DNA of 62,000 nucleotides from Chiloscyllium plagiosum. Taxonomy: Eukaryota. The first letter of the stretch is position 1, and every line of letters begins with the position of its first letter. Location: assembly GCF_004010195.1 (NCBI RefSeq), contig NC_057728.1:52949723-53011722 (forward strand). The letters are read 5' to 3'. This document shows, one piece after another, positions 1 to 12,878 of this stretch. The notes below the pieces were generated by a model. The model searched no databases and was not told where the DNA came from. It was given only the letters and a program-made list of their open reading frames with translations. Both the position numbers and the translations under genes were made by a program.

Positions 1-268
1 AAAGATATAAAAGAGACCTAAGGGGCAACGTTTTCACACAGAGGGTGGTACGTGTATGGAATGAGCTGCCAGAGGATGTGGTGGAGGCTGGTACAATTGC
101 AACGTTTAAGAGGCATTTAGATGGGTATATGAATAGGAAGGGTTTGGAGGGATATGGGCCAGGTGCTGGCAGGTGGGACTAGATTAGGTTGGGATATCTG
201 GTCGGCGTGGACGGGTTGGACCGAAGGATCTGTTTCCATGCTGTACATCTCTATGACTCTATGACTCT
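1..268 (+). mobile_element. CR1 (HER1-like) LINE 3' end
   Basis: Encodes the ORF2 C-terminus (..VRVWNELPEDVVEAGTIATFKRHLDGYMNRKG..) and ends in CTCTATGACTCTATGACT repeats; closely similar to 8960-9218. Confidence 0.9.
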
Positions 269-619
269 TCTCATCCTCTCACACTGCTCACTGAAGAGTC
301 AGGAGAATTTTCAAGCCTCTAAATGGTGTCACAGAGAGAAAGGGTTGGGGAGTACTATTCTAGGTAGAGGACAAAGGTATTATTGGTTCAGAGTGTACAG
401 GCATTACTTGCAGAATAATACAGCACAGAAGGTGATCATCCTGTCGGTAAAGGAATTCTCCAATTAGCTCTACCTCTTTTGCTGTAGCTCTGGTAAACTG
501 ATTCTTTTCCTTTCAAGTCTTCATGCAATTCCCTTTTGAAAATTATTACTGAATCTGCTTCCACCACCCCTGAAGGACGTTGTGCTGCACTAAACAGATA
601 AAACATCCGATCTCTGAAT

Positions 620-1480
620 CATAGAGGTCAAGAGCACAGAAAAAGGTCTTTGACCCAGCAAATCTGTGCGAGTCAAAAATAATCACCTAATTATTCTAGT
701 CCAATTTGTCAGCACTTGGCCCACTTATGCCTTGGCATTGCAAGTGCTTTGTAAACTCTATTTATCTCTCTTTTGAAATTCTCCAAATTTTCTTCCATTC
801 TTTTATCTAATAAAATGCATTTCCTATCAACGTGCTCCAGTTCAACTTTTAGACCCCTAAAATCATTCCTTTTCTAGTCTAGGATCTTAGTCACTGACCA
901 ATTTTTAAAATCCTTTTTCATCTTAATATTGAACTTTATTATGTTATGATCGCTATTTCTCAAATGTTTCCCTGCATTGACCTTCTCCACTTGGCCTGCC
1001 TCATTTCCTAGGACTAAATCCAGCACTAGCTCCCTCCCTGCAAGGATTAGAAATGTATTGTTCCAGAATGCCCTTCTGTACATATTTCAGGAATTTCTCT
1101 CCTTCCATGCTGCACACTGTACCTTTATCCCAGACCACCCTATGGGAATTGAAATCACCAACTATCATAACCCTATGTATCCTGCAGATTTCCAGAATCT
1201 ACCTACAAATACCCTCTTCTACTTCCTGCCCAGTATTTGGAAATCTGTAACAAACACCCAACCAGATCACTGCTTCCCTCCTGTTTCTCACCAGCAACCA
1301 TATGGATTCTCATTCAGGAACTGCATCTCTAGCTCTTTCAAGGGCAGCTCCAGCATTACCTCCAGCATTTAGTCTATGCCTTGACTAAAAACTGCCAAGT
1401 ATCCATATGCCTTCTTAATCACATTATCTAACCATCCTGTTGCCTTAGGGGATTGGGGAATATTCACATTAAGGTCCCTC
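620..1480 (-). mobile_element. Degraded CR1 LINE fragments (3' tail, endonuclease, RT pieces)
   Basis: Minus ORF 874-1083 LDLVLGNEAGQV..SDHNIIKF is the C-terminal motif of the CR1 APE endonuclease. Confidence 0.75.
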
Positions 1481-1482
1481 TG

Positions 1483-2147
1483 ACCTACATCTCCCCCATC
1501 ACCTCTTTCCAATGCCTCAAAGGATCTTTTCATATCTGGCAGAGATTTTTATGTACATTCAAGCACCTCATCTAACTATGTCCATTGTTCTTGATATGGT
1601 CTCCTCTACATTGGGGAGACAGGATGTCAACTCATGGAACATTTCAGGGAACATTTCTGGGACATACGCACCAAACAACCCCACCGTCCTGTGGTTGACC
1701 ACTTCAACTCCCCCTTCCACTCTGCCAAGGACATGCAAGTCCCGGGTCTCCTCCACCACCAAATCCAAACCACCTGACGACTGGAGGAAGAATGCCTCAT
1801 CTCCCACCTTGGGGTCCTCCAACCACACAGCATCAATGTCGACTTCACCAGTTTCCTTATCCCCACTCTCCTTACCTCATCCCAGATCCAACTCTCCAAC
1901 TCAACACCATTCTCTTGAGCTGCCCTACCTTCGATTTTCCTTCCCACCTAACCACTCCAGTCTTCCCTCCGACCCAACACTATCACCTTCCCAGCTAACT
2001 TCCCCCTACCTCCACCTTCCTATTTATCTCTCAGCCCCCTTTCCCCCAAGCATTCCTGATGAAGGGCTTATGACCAAAACATTGGTTTTCCTGCTCTTCA
2101 GATGCTGCCTGACCTGTTATGTTTTTCCAGCGCCATATGTTTTGATT
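1483..2147 (+). mobile_element. Penelope-like element 3' fragment: GIY-YIG endonuclease remnant plus pseudo-LTR (family A)
   Basis: The frame from 1601 reads LLYIGETGCQLMEHFREH...HFN...RLEEECLISHLG.LQP..IN (PLE GIY-YIG). It is followed by a pyrimidine-rich UTR and CTGATGA at 2056-2062, then the family-A terminal sequence. Confidence 0.85.
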
Positions 2148-2237
2148 CCTTGGTGCTTCAGTTCTGTAGTGAGTTGAACAAAGCCAGGTGGATCTCATCA
2201 AGTATGAGTTCCCTGATTGGGCCAGATAAAAGACCCC

Positions 2238-4620
2238 ATTTGATTTCATTTGATTTGATTTATTTATTGTCATGTGTACCTAAGTACAGGCCATTCTCTT
2301 ATAACGCATATTTTGTCAACACGATTTGGCTGGAATGTAATTGGTGAATTGGGGAACGATATTTTAAAAATGCGAACTCTTGCTGGCTATGATGCGATTC
2401 CATCCCTGGTTACCTTCGGACCACTCTGGGTGTTTACTTCAGTTCAAGCAAAGGAGGCTAAATGAGGGGACAAATTTTTTCTGACCTTGTTAATTTTTTT
2501 TGAGGATGTTTTTAGAAATTATTGCAGGAGAAAAGATTTGGATTTCGAGAGTCTCCTTATTCTGGACAATGTACCAAGCCATCCTCCCACCATTGATGAG
2601 TTTTCTGAAAACTTCGAAGTGGTGTTTATACCTTTGAACACAACCTCACTCAATCAATCCATGGACCAGGGTGTATTACCAGCTTTTAAAGCTTATTATT
2701 TAAGGTGCTCATTCAGGAAGGTGATTGCAGCACTGAAGGGGATAATGAGGACAATGTTCTTCAATTTTAGAAGAGCTTTAACATTAAAAATGTCATTGAC
2801 ATCATTGTGGAGGGCTAGGATAATGTCAGTAAGGACTACTTGCATGCAGTTTAGCAGAAGCTTCATGATTTTACAGGCATTGAACCGTCAGAGGAGCTTC
2901 CAGCAATCAAAGAACAAAAAGGCAAGTTGGATTTGAAGAAGTGGAGACAGATCTAACACAATTTGTTGCTGTTGGAGAAATTAAAACTCAAGATATGGAC
3001 AATGAAGTTCAGGATGCAGCACCATGAGAACTTTCCACTTTTATCTTCTATCCTGAGGGAAGTTGAGAAGCAATTGCATCTGTTAGAAGACAATGACTAC
3101 AGTGCAGCATGTAGAGGGATAGCAGTTCATAGCATAAAGCCTTACGTGGCACACTATGAACAGCTTCTTTATGAAAGAAAAAAGATGGCAACGCAGAAAA
3201 ATCTAGGTGCCATTTTTAAGCCAACCCCCAAGAAACAGTCTGAGGACAATGGACCAGAGCCATCCACTTCTGAACTAAATATTTTATCTCATCATAACCC
3301 TGCACCCAGAACTGCACCTGAAAGTAATGATGATGTTGATGATGACTTTCAACCCCTATCTTAATAACTCAGCAAACTTAGAAATACCTTGAAATGTTAA
3401 ATTTATCGTATTATTTAATTAAGATATATGATTTTGACATTTATTTAGACTGTGCTATCATTTGTGTTAAGCTAACTACTATTTCTGTTTCGATTTTTAC
3501 TGATATTTTTGGTGGCTTGCCCCCAGCCCTGTTTTTCCCATCGGCCCCGTTATTTCTATTGCGCGATTTCCTATAAAGTGAGGTCGCACGAGAATGCAAC
3601 TACTGAGTTATAGCAGAACAGTCTGTGTACAGTGAAAATTTTTGTTTACGAGCTATATAGACAGATCATAGTAAACAAAGACATAGAGATCATAGGGTGA
3701 AAAAAACTTAGACAGAGACATACAGGTTATGTCACATAGGCCACACGCTAGGCAAGATCAACATTAGGCAAGATTAGCATTATTTGAAGTTAGACAGTCC
3801 ATTCATTGATTTAATAGCAGGCAGGAAGAAGCTGTTCCTGAATCTGCTGGTGCATGTGTTCAGACTTCTGTATCTTCTGCCTGACGGAAGAGGTTGTAGG
3901 ATATCATTACCGGGGTGGGAGGGGTCTTTGGTGATGGCAGCCTTTCCGTGACAATGATCCGCGTAAATGGAGTCCATGGATGAAAGGTGATGGTCTGGGC
4001 TGTGTACAGAACCTTCTGTAATTTCTTACAGCAGAGCAGTTGCCACACCAGGCCATTATGCACCAGGACAGAATGCCTTCAATGGCACATCTGTAAAGGT
4101 TGGTGAGGGTCCTTATAGACATGCCAAATTTCCTGAGCTGTCTAAGGAAGAAGAGGCATTTTGTGCCTTCTTGACCGTTGCATCTAAGTGGGAAGTCCAG
4201 GACAGGTTGTTGGTTATCACCACTCCTAGTAACTTGATGCTCTCCACCTTCTCAGCTTCAGCTCCGTTGAAGTAGTGGGGGCGTGTTCTCCTTTTTTCTG
4301 AAGTCAATGATCAGTTCTTCAGTTTTGCCAACATAGAGAGAGAGGTTGTTCTCATTGCACCACATCACCAAGTCTTCATCTCCTTTTTCTATTCTGACTT
4401 GTTAGCTATTATTCATACCATGGTGTTTGTTTAGAATTTGGCAATATTGTCGTGGGTGTACAAGGAGTCCATTAGGGGGCAGAGGACGCATCCTTGGGGG
4501 GCTCCTGTGTCAAGTGTTATTGTGGAGGAGATGCAGTTGTCTATCTTCACTGATTATGGTCTGTGGGTCAGAAAGCTGAGGACCCAGTTGCAGAGGGCGG
4601 AGCCGAGACTAAGTACTCAG
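2238..4620 (-). mobile_element. Rex1/Babar-clade LINE 3' portion, interrupted by the Tigger-like element
   Basis: Minus-strand remnants GAPQGCVL, LLGVVITNNLSWTSH, LTNLYRCAIEGILSWCIMAWCGNCS and DPSHPG..LPSGRRYRS..SRFRNSFF. The TTTGA-repeat tail at 2238-2285 joins 3628 onward. Confidence 0.8.
2287..3625 (+). mobile_element. Tigger/pogo-like DNA transposon, internally deleted and decayed
   Basis: DDE_1 motifs LLILDNVPSHP and TTSLNQSMDQGV..FKAYY (ORF 2487-2936). Imperfect TIRs CAGGCCATTCTCTTATAAC / rc CAGACTGTTCTGCTATAAC (14/19 match), left flank TA. Confidence 0.8.
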
Positions 4621-4999
4621 TGAGATCCACGTGGCCCTCATTCCAGCACTATAGGTTCATCATCTTTTCCTTGCTAGTTTGTCCTCACTCCACAAGTCTT
4701 TTGCAAATTACTTATTTTTAAAAATTGATCCTCTTGTGGAACGTGGGCATCGCTGGCTGGGCATTTATTGCCTCTCCTTAAATTTGTGCCTCAGGATGTT
4801 GTGTAAGTGTAGAAAAACATATAGGGTTTTGTTTTAGTGTGCAAGGTGTGCACCTTTCACCCCACAAAAAATAAAGCTGCAAGTGTTTAATACCATAGAA
4901 AGCCCTAATGCGCCTCAAGCCACTATATCACTAGGTTAGGATCTGGAAGATCCTCATTAAGTTTCAACTTCAAAAAGGCCCATATCCAGTGGAATGTAT

Positions 5000-5252
5000 T
5001 TATTCTTTTTCCAGGGTGTGGGTATTCCCAGATATTGCCATGTGCTTCCCATCCCTAATTACCCATGAAATGAATTACTTGCTACACCATTTCAGAGGGC
5101 AGTAAAGAGTCCGAGATATGGCTGTGGACCTGGGGTTACATGCAGGCCAGACTGGGAATGGACAGCAGATTTTCTTCCATAAAAGTATGAGTGATTCAAT
5201 CAGCTTTTTACAATAATCAACGATAGTTTCATGATCATCGTCAATGAGGGTT
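5000..5252 (-). mobile_element. tRNA-derived SINE (same family as 26758-27105), 3' half; 5' half resumes at about 9973-10050
   Basis: Reverse complement resembles 26758-27105; the head-like sequence reappears at about 9990-10050. Confidence 0.55.
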
Positions 5253-5289
5253 CTGTCATAGTGACAGATCAGAACTCCAAAGTGCTATG

Positions 5290-8200
5290 AACTTCTTAAC
5301 TTTTAATTCGAAACTGTGTTTTTAAAAGGAGGACTGCTGGGGAACAAAATGTCTGCAGATGTAAATTGAGTGCTGCCTGGAGAAGTCCTGTATGCGACCC
5401 ATGGAATGAATTCCGGGTAATCCAAGATAGAGGACGAGAGAAGTTTAGAGCTGTAACAGGTGCTCCTTGTTTGAGGTACTTTAGGTGTTGGAGGTGATTT
5501 CCTCAAATTCCAGGAGCAGCAATTGCTGTTTTATATGCTGTTAAGTTGTTTTTGAAACTTGAGAGAAAAAAAAAGTCAAAACAATGGCACTTTTAAAAGG
5601 GAAAAAGACAGACAGAAGCAGTGAGCACATGGTCTGTATGGGAGAGAGAGAAAGAAACACACACTGCTAACTGACACAGCAGTGCAGTTACTGCCTTTGC
5701 TGTTTGAATTCATGTATCACTGGACATCGGAGTGTGTCTAGGAAAACTTAAACAGCGAAATTCACAACTGATCTTAGAGGAACTTGTTTGGGAGAGGTCA
5801 CAGTACAGAACAGATAAGTGAATAGCTTTAAGTATAGCCTTGCTGTAAACCTACAATAGTGAGTAGAGTGGGTTCTTTCTTGATTATATGTTTTTATTGG
5901 GATCTGTCTCTTGATTGCATTTAAAAAATATAAGCCTTAAGTATTAATTTAGCCTGGAGCAGTGTTTTGTAGAGTAGTAAGATAGTGCTATTTTCTGGGT
6001 GTGCAGATTGGAAAGAGCAAAATGGCCTTTAGTAAGGTATTATGCTCTTCTTGTCAGATGTGGGAGTTTTGAGAGATTTTTCAGGTTACTGAGGATTACA
6101 TCTGCAATAAATGTCGTTGGTTGCGAATCCTGTCAGATTGAATGGATCGATTGGAGCGACAGTTAGAGGCAATGACCAATTTACGAGAGCTAGGGGGTGT
6201 GATGGATGGCAGTTATAGGACGGGAGAAAAGCTGCATATACAGTCAGATAGATGGGGTTACTCCGGGAAAGGTAGGCGAGGTAGGCAGGTAGTACAGGAG
6301 TCATCTGTGGCTATCCCCATTTCAAACAAGTATGCTGTTTTGGAAAATGTAGAGGGTGACGGATTCTCAGGAGAATGTAGCATGAACAGCCAAGTTTCTG
6401 GTACCAAGACAGGCTCGAATGTAATGAGGGTTATATCGGATTCCAAGCAGTCAATTGTGATAGAGGATTCTCCAGTCAGAGGCACAGACAGACATTTCTG
6501 TAGCCAGCAGAGAAAAATCAGAATGGTGTGTTGCCTCCCTCGTACCAGGATCAAGGATGTCACAGAGAGGGTACAGAATGTTCTCAAAGGGGAGAGGGAC
6601 CAGCAGGAGGTCATTATACACATTGGTACCAACGACATAGGAAGGAAAAAGGATGAGATTCTGAAGGGAGAATATAGAGAGTTAGGCAGAAATTTAAAAA
6701 GGAGGTCCTGGATTACTCCTGGTGCTACGAGCTAGTGAGGGTAGGAATTGGAGGATACAGCAGATGAATGCGTGGCTGAGGAGCTGGTGTATGAGAGAAG
6801 GATTCATATTTTTGGATCATTGGAATCTCTTCTGGGATAGAAGTGACCTGCACAAGGATGCATTGCACTTGAATTGGAAAGGGTCTAATATACTGGCAGG
6901 GAGATTTGCTAGAGCTGCACAGGAGGATTTAAACTAGTAAGGTGGGTGGGGTGGGACCGAGGGAGATAGTGAGGAAATAGATCAATCTGAGACTGGTACA
7001 GTTGAGAACAGAAGTGAGTCAAACAGTCAGGACAGGCAGAAACAAAGCAGAGAACAAGGTAAGACTGATAAATTAAACTGCATTTATTTCAATGCAAGAG
7101 GCCTAACAGAGGAGGCAAATGAACTCAGGGCATGGTTAGGAACATGGGACTGGGATATCATAGCAATTACAGAAATGTGGCTCAGGGATAGAATGGACTG
7201 GCAGCTTAATGTCCCAGGATACAAATGTTATAGGAAGGATAGAAAGGGGGGCAATAGAGGAGGGAGAGTGCAGTTTTTGATAAGGGAAAGCATTACAGCT
7301 GTACTGAGGGAGGATATTCCTTGAAATATATCCAGAGATGTTATTTGGGTGGAACTGAGAAATAAGAAAGGGATGATCACCTTATTTGTATTATAGACCC
7401 CCTAACAGTCAGCAGGAAATTGAGAAACAAATTTGTAAGGAAATCTCAGTTATCTGTAAGAATAATAGGGTGGTTATGGTAGGGGATTTTAACTTTCCAA
7501 ACATAAACTGGGACTGCCATAGTGTTAAGGGTTTAGATGGAGAGGACTTTGTTAAGAGTGTACAAGAAAATTTTCTGAGTATGTAGATGTACCTACTAGA
7601 GAAGGTGCAAAACTTGACCTACTCTTGGGAAATAAGGCAGGGCAGGTGACTGAGGTGTCAGTGAGGGAGCACTTGGGGCCAGCGACCATAATTCTATTCG
7701 TTTTAAAATAGTGATGAAAAAGGATAGACCAGATCTAAAAGTTGAAGTTCTAAATTGGAGGAAGTCTAATTTTGACGGTATTAGTCAAGAACTTTCAAGA
7801 AGACTGGAGGTTGGCTAAAGTGGTAGCATTATTTAAGAAAGATGGTAAGGACAAGCCAGGGAACTACAGAGCGGTGAGCCTGACATCAGTGGTGGACAAG
7901 TTGTTAGAGTGAATCCTGAGGTACAGGATTTACACGTATTTGGAAAGGCAAGGTCTGATTTGGGATAGTCAACATGGCTTTGCGCATGGTAAATTATGTC
8001 TCACGAACTTGATTGAGGTTTTTGAAAAAGTGACAAAGAGGTTTGATGAGGGCAGAACAGTGCATGTTATCTATATGGACGTCAGTAAGGCATTCGACAA
8101 GGTTCCCCACGGGAGACTGGTTAGCAAGGTCAGATCTCATGGAATATGGGGAGAACTAGCCAATTGGATACAAAACTGGCTTGAAGGTAGAAGACAGAGG

Positions 8201-9218
8201 GTGGTGATGAAGGGTTGCTTTTAGACTGGAGGCTTGCGATAAGTGATGTGCCAGAAGGATTGGTGCTGGGTCCACTTTTCATCATTTATATAAGTGATTT
8301 GGATGTGAACATAGGAGGTACGGTTAGTAAGTCTGACACCAAAATTGAAAGTGTAGTGGACAGCAAAGAAGGTTACCTCAGATTATAACGGGATCTTGAT
8401 CAGATGGGCCAATGGGCTGAGGAGTGGCAGATGGAGTTTGATTTAAATAAATGTGAGGTGCTGCATTTTGGGAAAGCAAATTTTAGCAGGACTTATACAC
8501 TTAATGGTTAAGTCCTTGGGTATGTTGCCCCCTAAGAGTTCCTTGAAAGTAGAGTTGCAGCTAGATAGGATAGTGAAGAAGGCGTTTGGTATGCTTTCTT
8601 TTATTGCTCGGAGCATTGAGTATAGCAATTGGGAGATCATGTTGTGGCTCTACAGGACATTAGTTAAGCCACTTTTGGAATATTGTGTGCAATTCTGGTC
8701 TCCTTCTTATTGGAAGGATGTTGTGAAACTTGAAAGGGTTCATAAAAGATTTACAAGGATGTTGCCAGGGTTGGTGGATTTGAGCTATAGGGAGAGGTTG
8801 AATAGGCTGGGACTGTTTTCCCTGGAGCGTCGAAGGTTGAGGGGTGACCTCATAGAGGTTTATAAAATCATGGGGGCATGGATAGGATAAATGGACAAAG
8901 TCTTTGCCCAGGGGTAGGGGAGTCCGGAACGAAAGGGCATAGATTTAGGGTGAGAGGGGAAATATATAAAAGAGACCTAAGGGGCAACATTTTCATGCAG
9001 AGGGTGGTACGTGTATGGAATAAACTGCCAGAGGAAGTGGTGGAGGTTAGTACAATTGCAACATTTAAAAGGCACTTGGATAGTTATATGAATAGGAAGG
9101 GTTTGGAAGGATATGGGCCAAGTACTGGCAAGTGGGATTAGATTAGATTGGGATATCTGGTCAGCATGGATGAGATGGACCGAAGGGTCTGCTCTGTGCT
9201 GTACATCTCTATGACTCT
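5290..9218 (+). mobile_element. Near full-length CR1 (HER1-like) LINE, inactivated
   Basis: ORF1 from ATG 6022 has a CxxC zinc knuckle and SGNH-esterase motifs (HIGTNDIG, LHLN). ORF2 has endonuclease (YFNARGL, YYRPP, GDFNFPNINW) and RT (SQHGF, KAFDKVPH, LEYCVQFWSP) motifs. Multiple stops and frameshifts, an internal deletion near 7800, and a CTCTATGACTCT tail. The 5' boundary is uncertain. Confidence 0.92.
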
Positions 9219-10574
9219 AATGTCATATCTGTAAAGTGTCAGGGAAATAGTCATAGAGTTATAGAGACTTCAAAGAGAGAGAGAGAGAGAAGTAACAGCA
9301 AAAAAAAACAAAGGGGCTGACTACCCTCCTTCTCATCAGAAAGCTAACTCTTGCAGACATTTTTTTGTGTTTGCCCGTTCAGGAATTATACAAAAGAAGT
9401 GATTAAAAACTGACTGCGGTATCTGTGAGCACTAGTCTGGGTTCAAATAGGTGCTCTGTGATGGTCAAAGTCACAGAACCACCCACTAGTCAACCCTGAA
9501 CTGGTTAAAATAACTCTGTCGCTCTGAGTGCCAGAAGCCAACTAGCCAGCAAGTCAATCAGAAGAACACATGGCAAAAATATTTCAATTAACTGCAAGGC
9601 CAAGAATCCGAAAATTGACTGTTCAATTATCAACATTCCACCACCCAGAGAGACTCTTATGAATATCTTTTAATGTTTATATTTTTGGACTCCTCATTTC
9701 TAATCTGTGTGTAGGTGTGTTGCGTCTTCTTTTATTTTTGCATTCAGTAACTAAGAAACTTGGTTTTTTTATTAACAGAAGGAAACTTGGTTAAATTGAT
9801 TTCATTTTGCAATATAAATTTCTTTTGGTCTGGGAGGAAGCCATCCACAAGGGAAGCATCATTTTCAAATTTCATGTTGTGACCAACTGAAGAGGCGGGT
9901 GAATAAAGAGATCCCAGTTCATCCTTATCCACCCATGAACTAAACTAAAGTAACTCGGGTCTGGTTGGAACAGTAGGTTTTGTTTTTTCATTATATTCCA
10001 CCATCTGCCATGGTGAGATTCAAGCCCACGTCCTCAGAGCAGTTGCCTCAGTCACAGACCTAGATTACATACTGCTTTCACTTGTAGGACAAATGACTGG
10101 ATTTTCATCTCCCAGTGGAGATGTGGATCAGTTTGAGAAATACTAAACATAGGTTTGTTTTGCTTCAGTGAGCAATTTTTCTGTGCTTTCACCACCTCTC
10201 ATCACTTGCATGTTGCCTCGTCATGGGTTGGGAAGGACTTAGATGCAAAATTATTTTGATATCAGTGTTGTTGCTTTGAGGACCACAGAAAAACTGTATT
10301 CTTTCTTGTACATATTTTCATGCATCAGTGCTGGTTTTTTAAGCCTAAAAAACCTCCTTGGAGAGTTTGTAGCCACTGGGCAAAGCCCTCTCAGGAATTT
10401 GGAGCCTTCTGAAAGGTCAGAATAAAATGTTTTCACAACCTCAAATGCTGTATCCTAATATAGATGTGTTCTTCATTCAGTGATTCATCACAGGACTCTG
10501 GCTTGCGCATGTAAGTTAACCATTACATTGACCACCATTGTGAAAGTGTTGAAGTGCAAGTGAAAATAGTTAAT

Positions 10575-12400
10575 GTAAGCCCCCTTGTTTAAGAAGGGAG
10601 TAAAGCAAAAGATGGGAAATTATAGGCCGATTAGCTTGACCCCAGTTGTTGTTAAGATTTTGGAGTCCATTGCGAAGGCTGAGATTTCTGAATACTTGGA
10701 AGTGCGTTATAAAACAGGGCCAAGTCAGCATGGTTTCATCAAGGGGAGGTCATGCCTGACAAATCTATTAAAATTCTTTGATGAAGTAACAAGCAGGTTA
10801 GACCAAGGAGAGCCAATGGATGTTATCTCTCTGGACTTCCAGCAGGCCTTTGATAAGGTGACGCACAGGAGGCTGCTGAGTAAGGTAAGGGCCCATTGTG
10901 TTAGAGGCAAGGTATTAGAATGGAGAGAAGATTGGCTGTCTGGCAAAAGGCAGAGAATGGGGATAAAAATGTCCTTCTCAGGATGGAAGCTGGTGACTAG
11001 TGGTGTTCCACAAAGATCAGTGTTGGAACAAATTTTCACTTTATTCATTAATGATCTGGATGAAGGAACTGAGGGCATTTTGGCTAAGTTTGCAGATGAA
11101 ACAAAGATAGGTGGAAGGGCAGATAGTATTGATGAGGCAGAGAGGCTGCAGAAAGATTTAGACAGGTTAGGAGAGTGTGAGGTCATGCACTTTGTTAGGA
11201 AGAATTGAGGCATGGACTATTTTCTAAATGGGGAGAAAATTCAGAAATCTGGAGTGCAAAGGGGCTTGGGGTTCCTAGTCCAGGATCCTCTTAAGGTAAA
11301 TTTGCAGGTTGAGTTCGTAATTCATCTTGACAGGACCAGAATATAAATGCAGGGATGTACTTCTGAGGCTTTATAAGCTCTGGTCAGACCACATTTAGAG
11401 TATTGCAAGCAATTTTGGACTCCATACCTCAGGAAGGATGTATTGTCCCTGGAGCAGATCCAGAGGAGGTTCACGAGAATGATCTCATGAATGGAAGGCT
11501 TAACATATGACGAATGTTTGAGGACACTGGAATTATGGAGCTTCAAAGGATGTGGGGGGATCTGATTGAAACTTATAATATTGAACAGTCTGGACAGAAT
11601 GGACGTTAGGAAGATGTTGTCAAGATTAGAGTGGTGCTGGAAAAGCACAGCAGGTCAGACAGCATCCAAGGAGCAGGAAAATCAACATTTTGGGCAAAAG
11701 CCCTTCATCAGGAATGAGGCAGAGAGCCTCTGGGGTGGAGAGATAAATGGGAGGGGGGGGAGTGAGGCTGAGGGGAAGGTAGTTAAGAGTACAATAGGTG
11801 GATGGAGGTGGGGATGAAGGTATTAGGTTGGAGAGGAGGTTGTAGCAGATAGGTGGGAAGGAAGATTGTCAGGTAGGACAGGTCATGACGATGGTTTTGA
11901 GCTGGCAAGTTGGAACTCGATTAAGGTGGGGGTAGGGGAAATGAGGAAACTGGTGAAGTCCACATTGATGCCCTGGACTTGAAGTGTTTTGAGGTAGTGA
12001 GTCTGTTTTAGGACATGGTTGAAGAGCTCCAGGGCAGAGGAGATGACCTGGGGGGTGCAGTGAGAGAGAGGCTCACCGAAGATGTTTCCATTGGCAGGAG
12101 AGACGAGGACCTGAGGGCACAGCCTTAGAGAACGGGAAGATCCTTTAGAAAGGAGACAAGAAGAAACTTCTTTAGTCAGAGAGTGCTGAAACTGTGGAAT
12201 TCATTGCCACAGAGAACTGTGGAGGTCAGGTCATTGAGTATGTTTAAGACAGAGATAGATAAGTTCTTGATTGCCAAGGGGATCAAAGATTATGGGTAAA
12301 AAGTGGGAAAATGGGGTTGTAAAACCTACCAGCCATGATCGAAAGGAAGAGCAGACTTAATTAGTTGAACGGCCTAATTTCTGCTCCTACGGTCTTATGG
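10575..12400 (+). mobile_element. CR1 LINE, 5'-truncated (RT to 3' UTR), second family
   Basis: ORF 10585-11208 NYRPISLT..SQHGF..SCLTNL..AFDKV..SGVPQ..FADETK; interrupted by a PLE insertion. Confidence 0.9.
11619..12077 (-). mobile_element. Penelope-like fragment (family A) inserted in CR1
   Basis: Reverse complement of 1750-2147-type sequence. 9-bp TSD GAAGATGTT at 11610-11618 and 12078-12086. Hammerhead core rc (TCATCAG) at 11705-11711. Confidence 0.85.
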
Positions 12401-12591
12401 ACATGCTTTTCTATTGGAAGAAGGACCATAAGTTGTTTTAACATGTAGGAAAATATATTGAAAAGTCCACCTTTTTAATATAAAAATGGGTCTGACAGTG
12501 AAAAACAATCATCTGCTTTCCAAAGGTTAAAGCATTTGAGCATCTATTTCTTCCTTTGATTGACAGGCAAATCTATTTTGAAATGGAGAAG

Positions 12592-12878
12592 GGGAACAGC
12601 ACAGTGGCTCAGGTGGTTAGCTCTACTGCCACACAGTGCTAGTAACCTGGGTTCAATTTTAGCCTAGAGTGACTGGGCAGTGTTTGCAAATTCTCCCCAT
12701 CTCTGCATAGGTTTCCACCAGGTGCTCCAGTTTCCTCCCACAGTCCAAAAGATGTGCATGTCAGGTGGATTAGCCATGGTAAATGTGGGTTACGGTAATA
12801 GAGTGAGATGCTCTTTGGAGGATTGGTGCGAACGCGATGGGCCAAATATACTCTTTCTACACTGTAGGGATTCTCTGA
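12592..12878 (+). mobile_element. HE1-like tRNA-derived SINE
   Basis: A-box/B-box-like head (GTGGCTCAGGTGG..GGTTCAATT) and CR1-like tail ACTGTAGGGATTCT. Confidence 0.75.

Noticed and set aside
1512..2177. 221-aa S/P/T-rich ORF
   Set aside because: Off-frame reading of the Penelope GIY-YIG remnant and its pyrimidine-rich UTR.
2487..3364. Domesticated TIGD/JRK-like gene
   Set aside because: Frameshifted, lacks the N-terminal HTH, retains TIRs and lies inside a LINE tail.
12592..12680. tRNA genes at SINE heads (also 18143, 26765, 34208, 53440)
   Set aside because: A/B boxes run into SINE bodies and no complete cloverleaf is evident.
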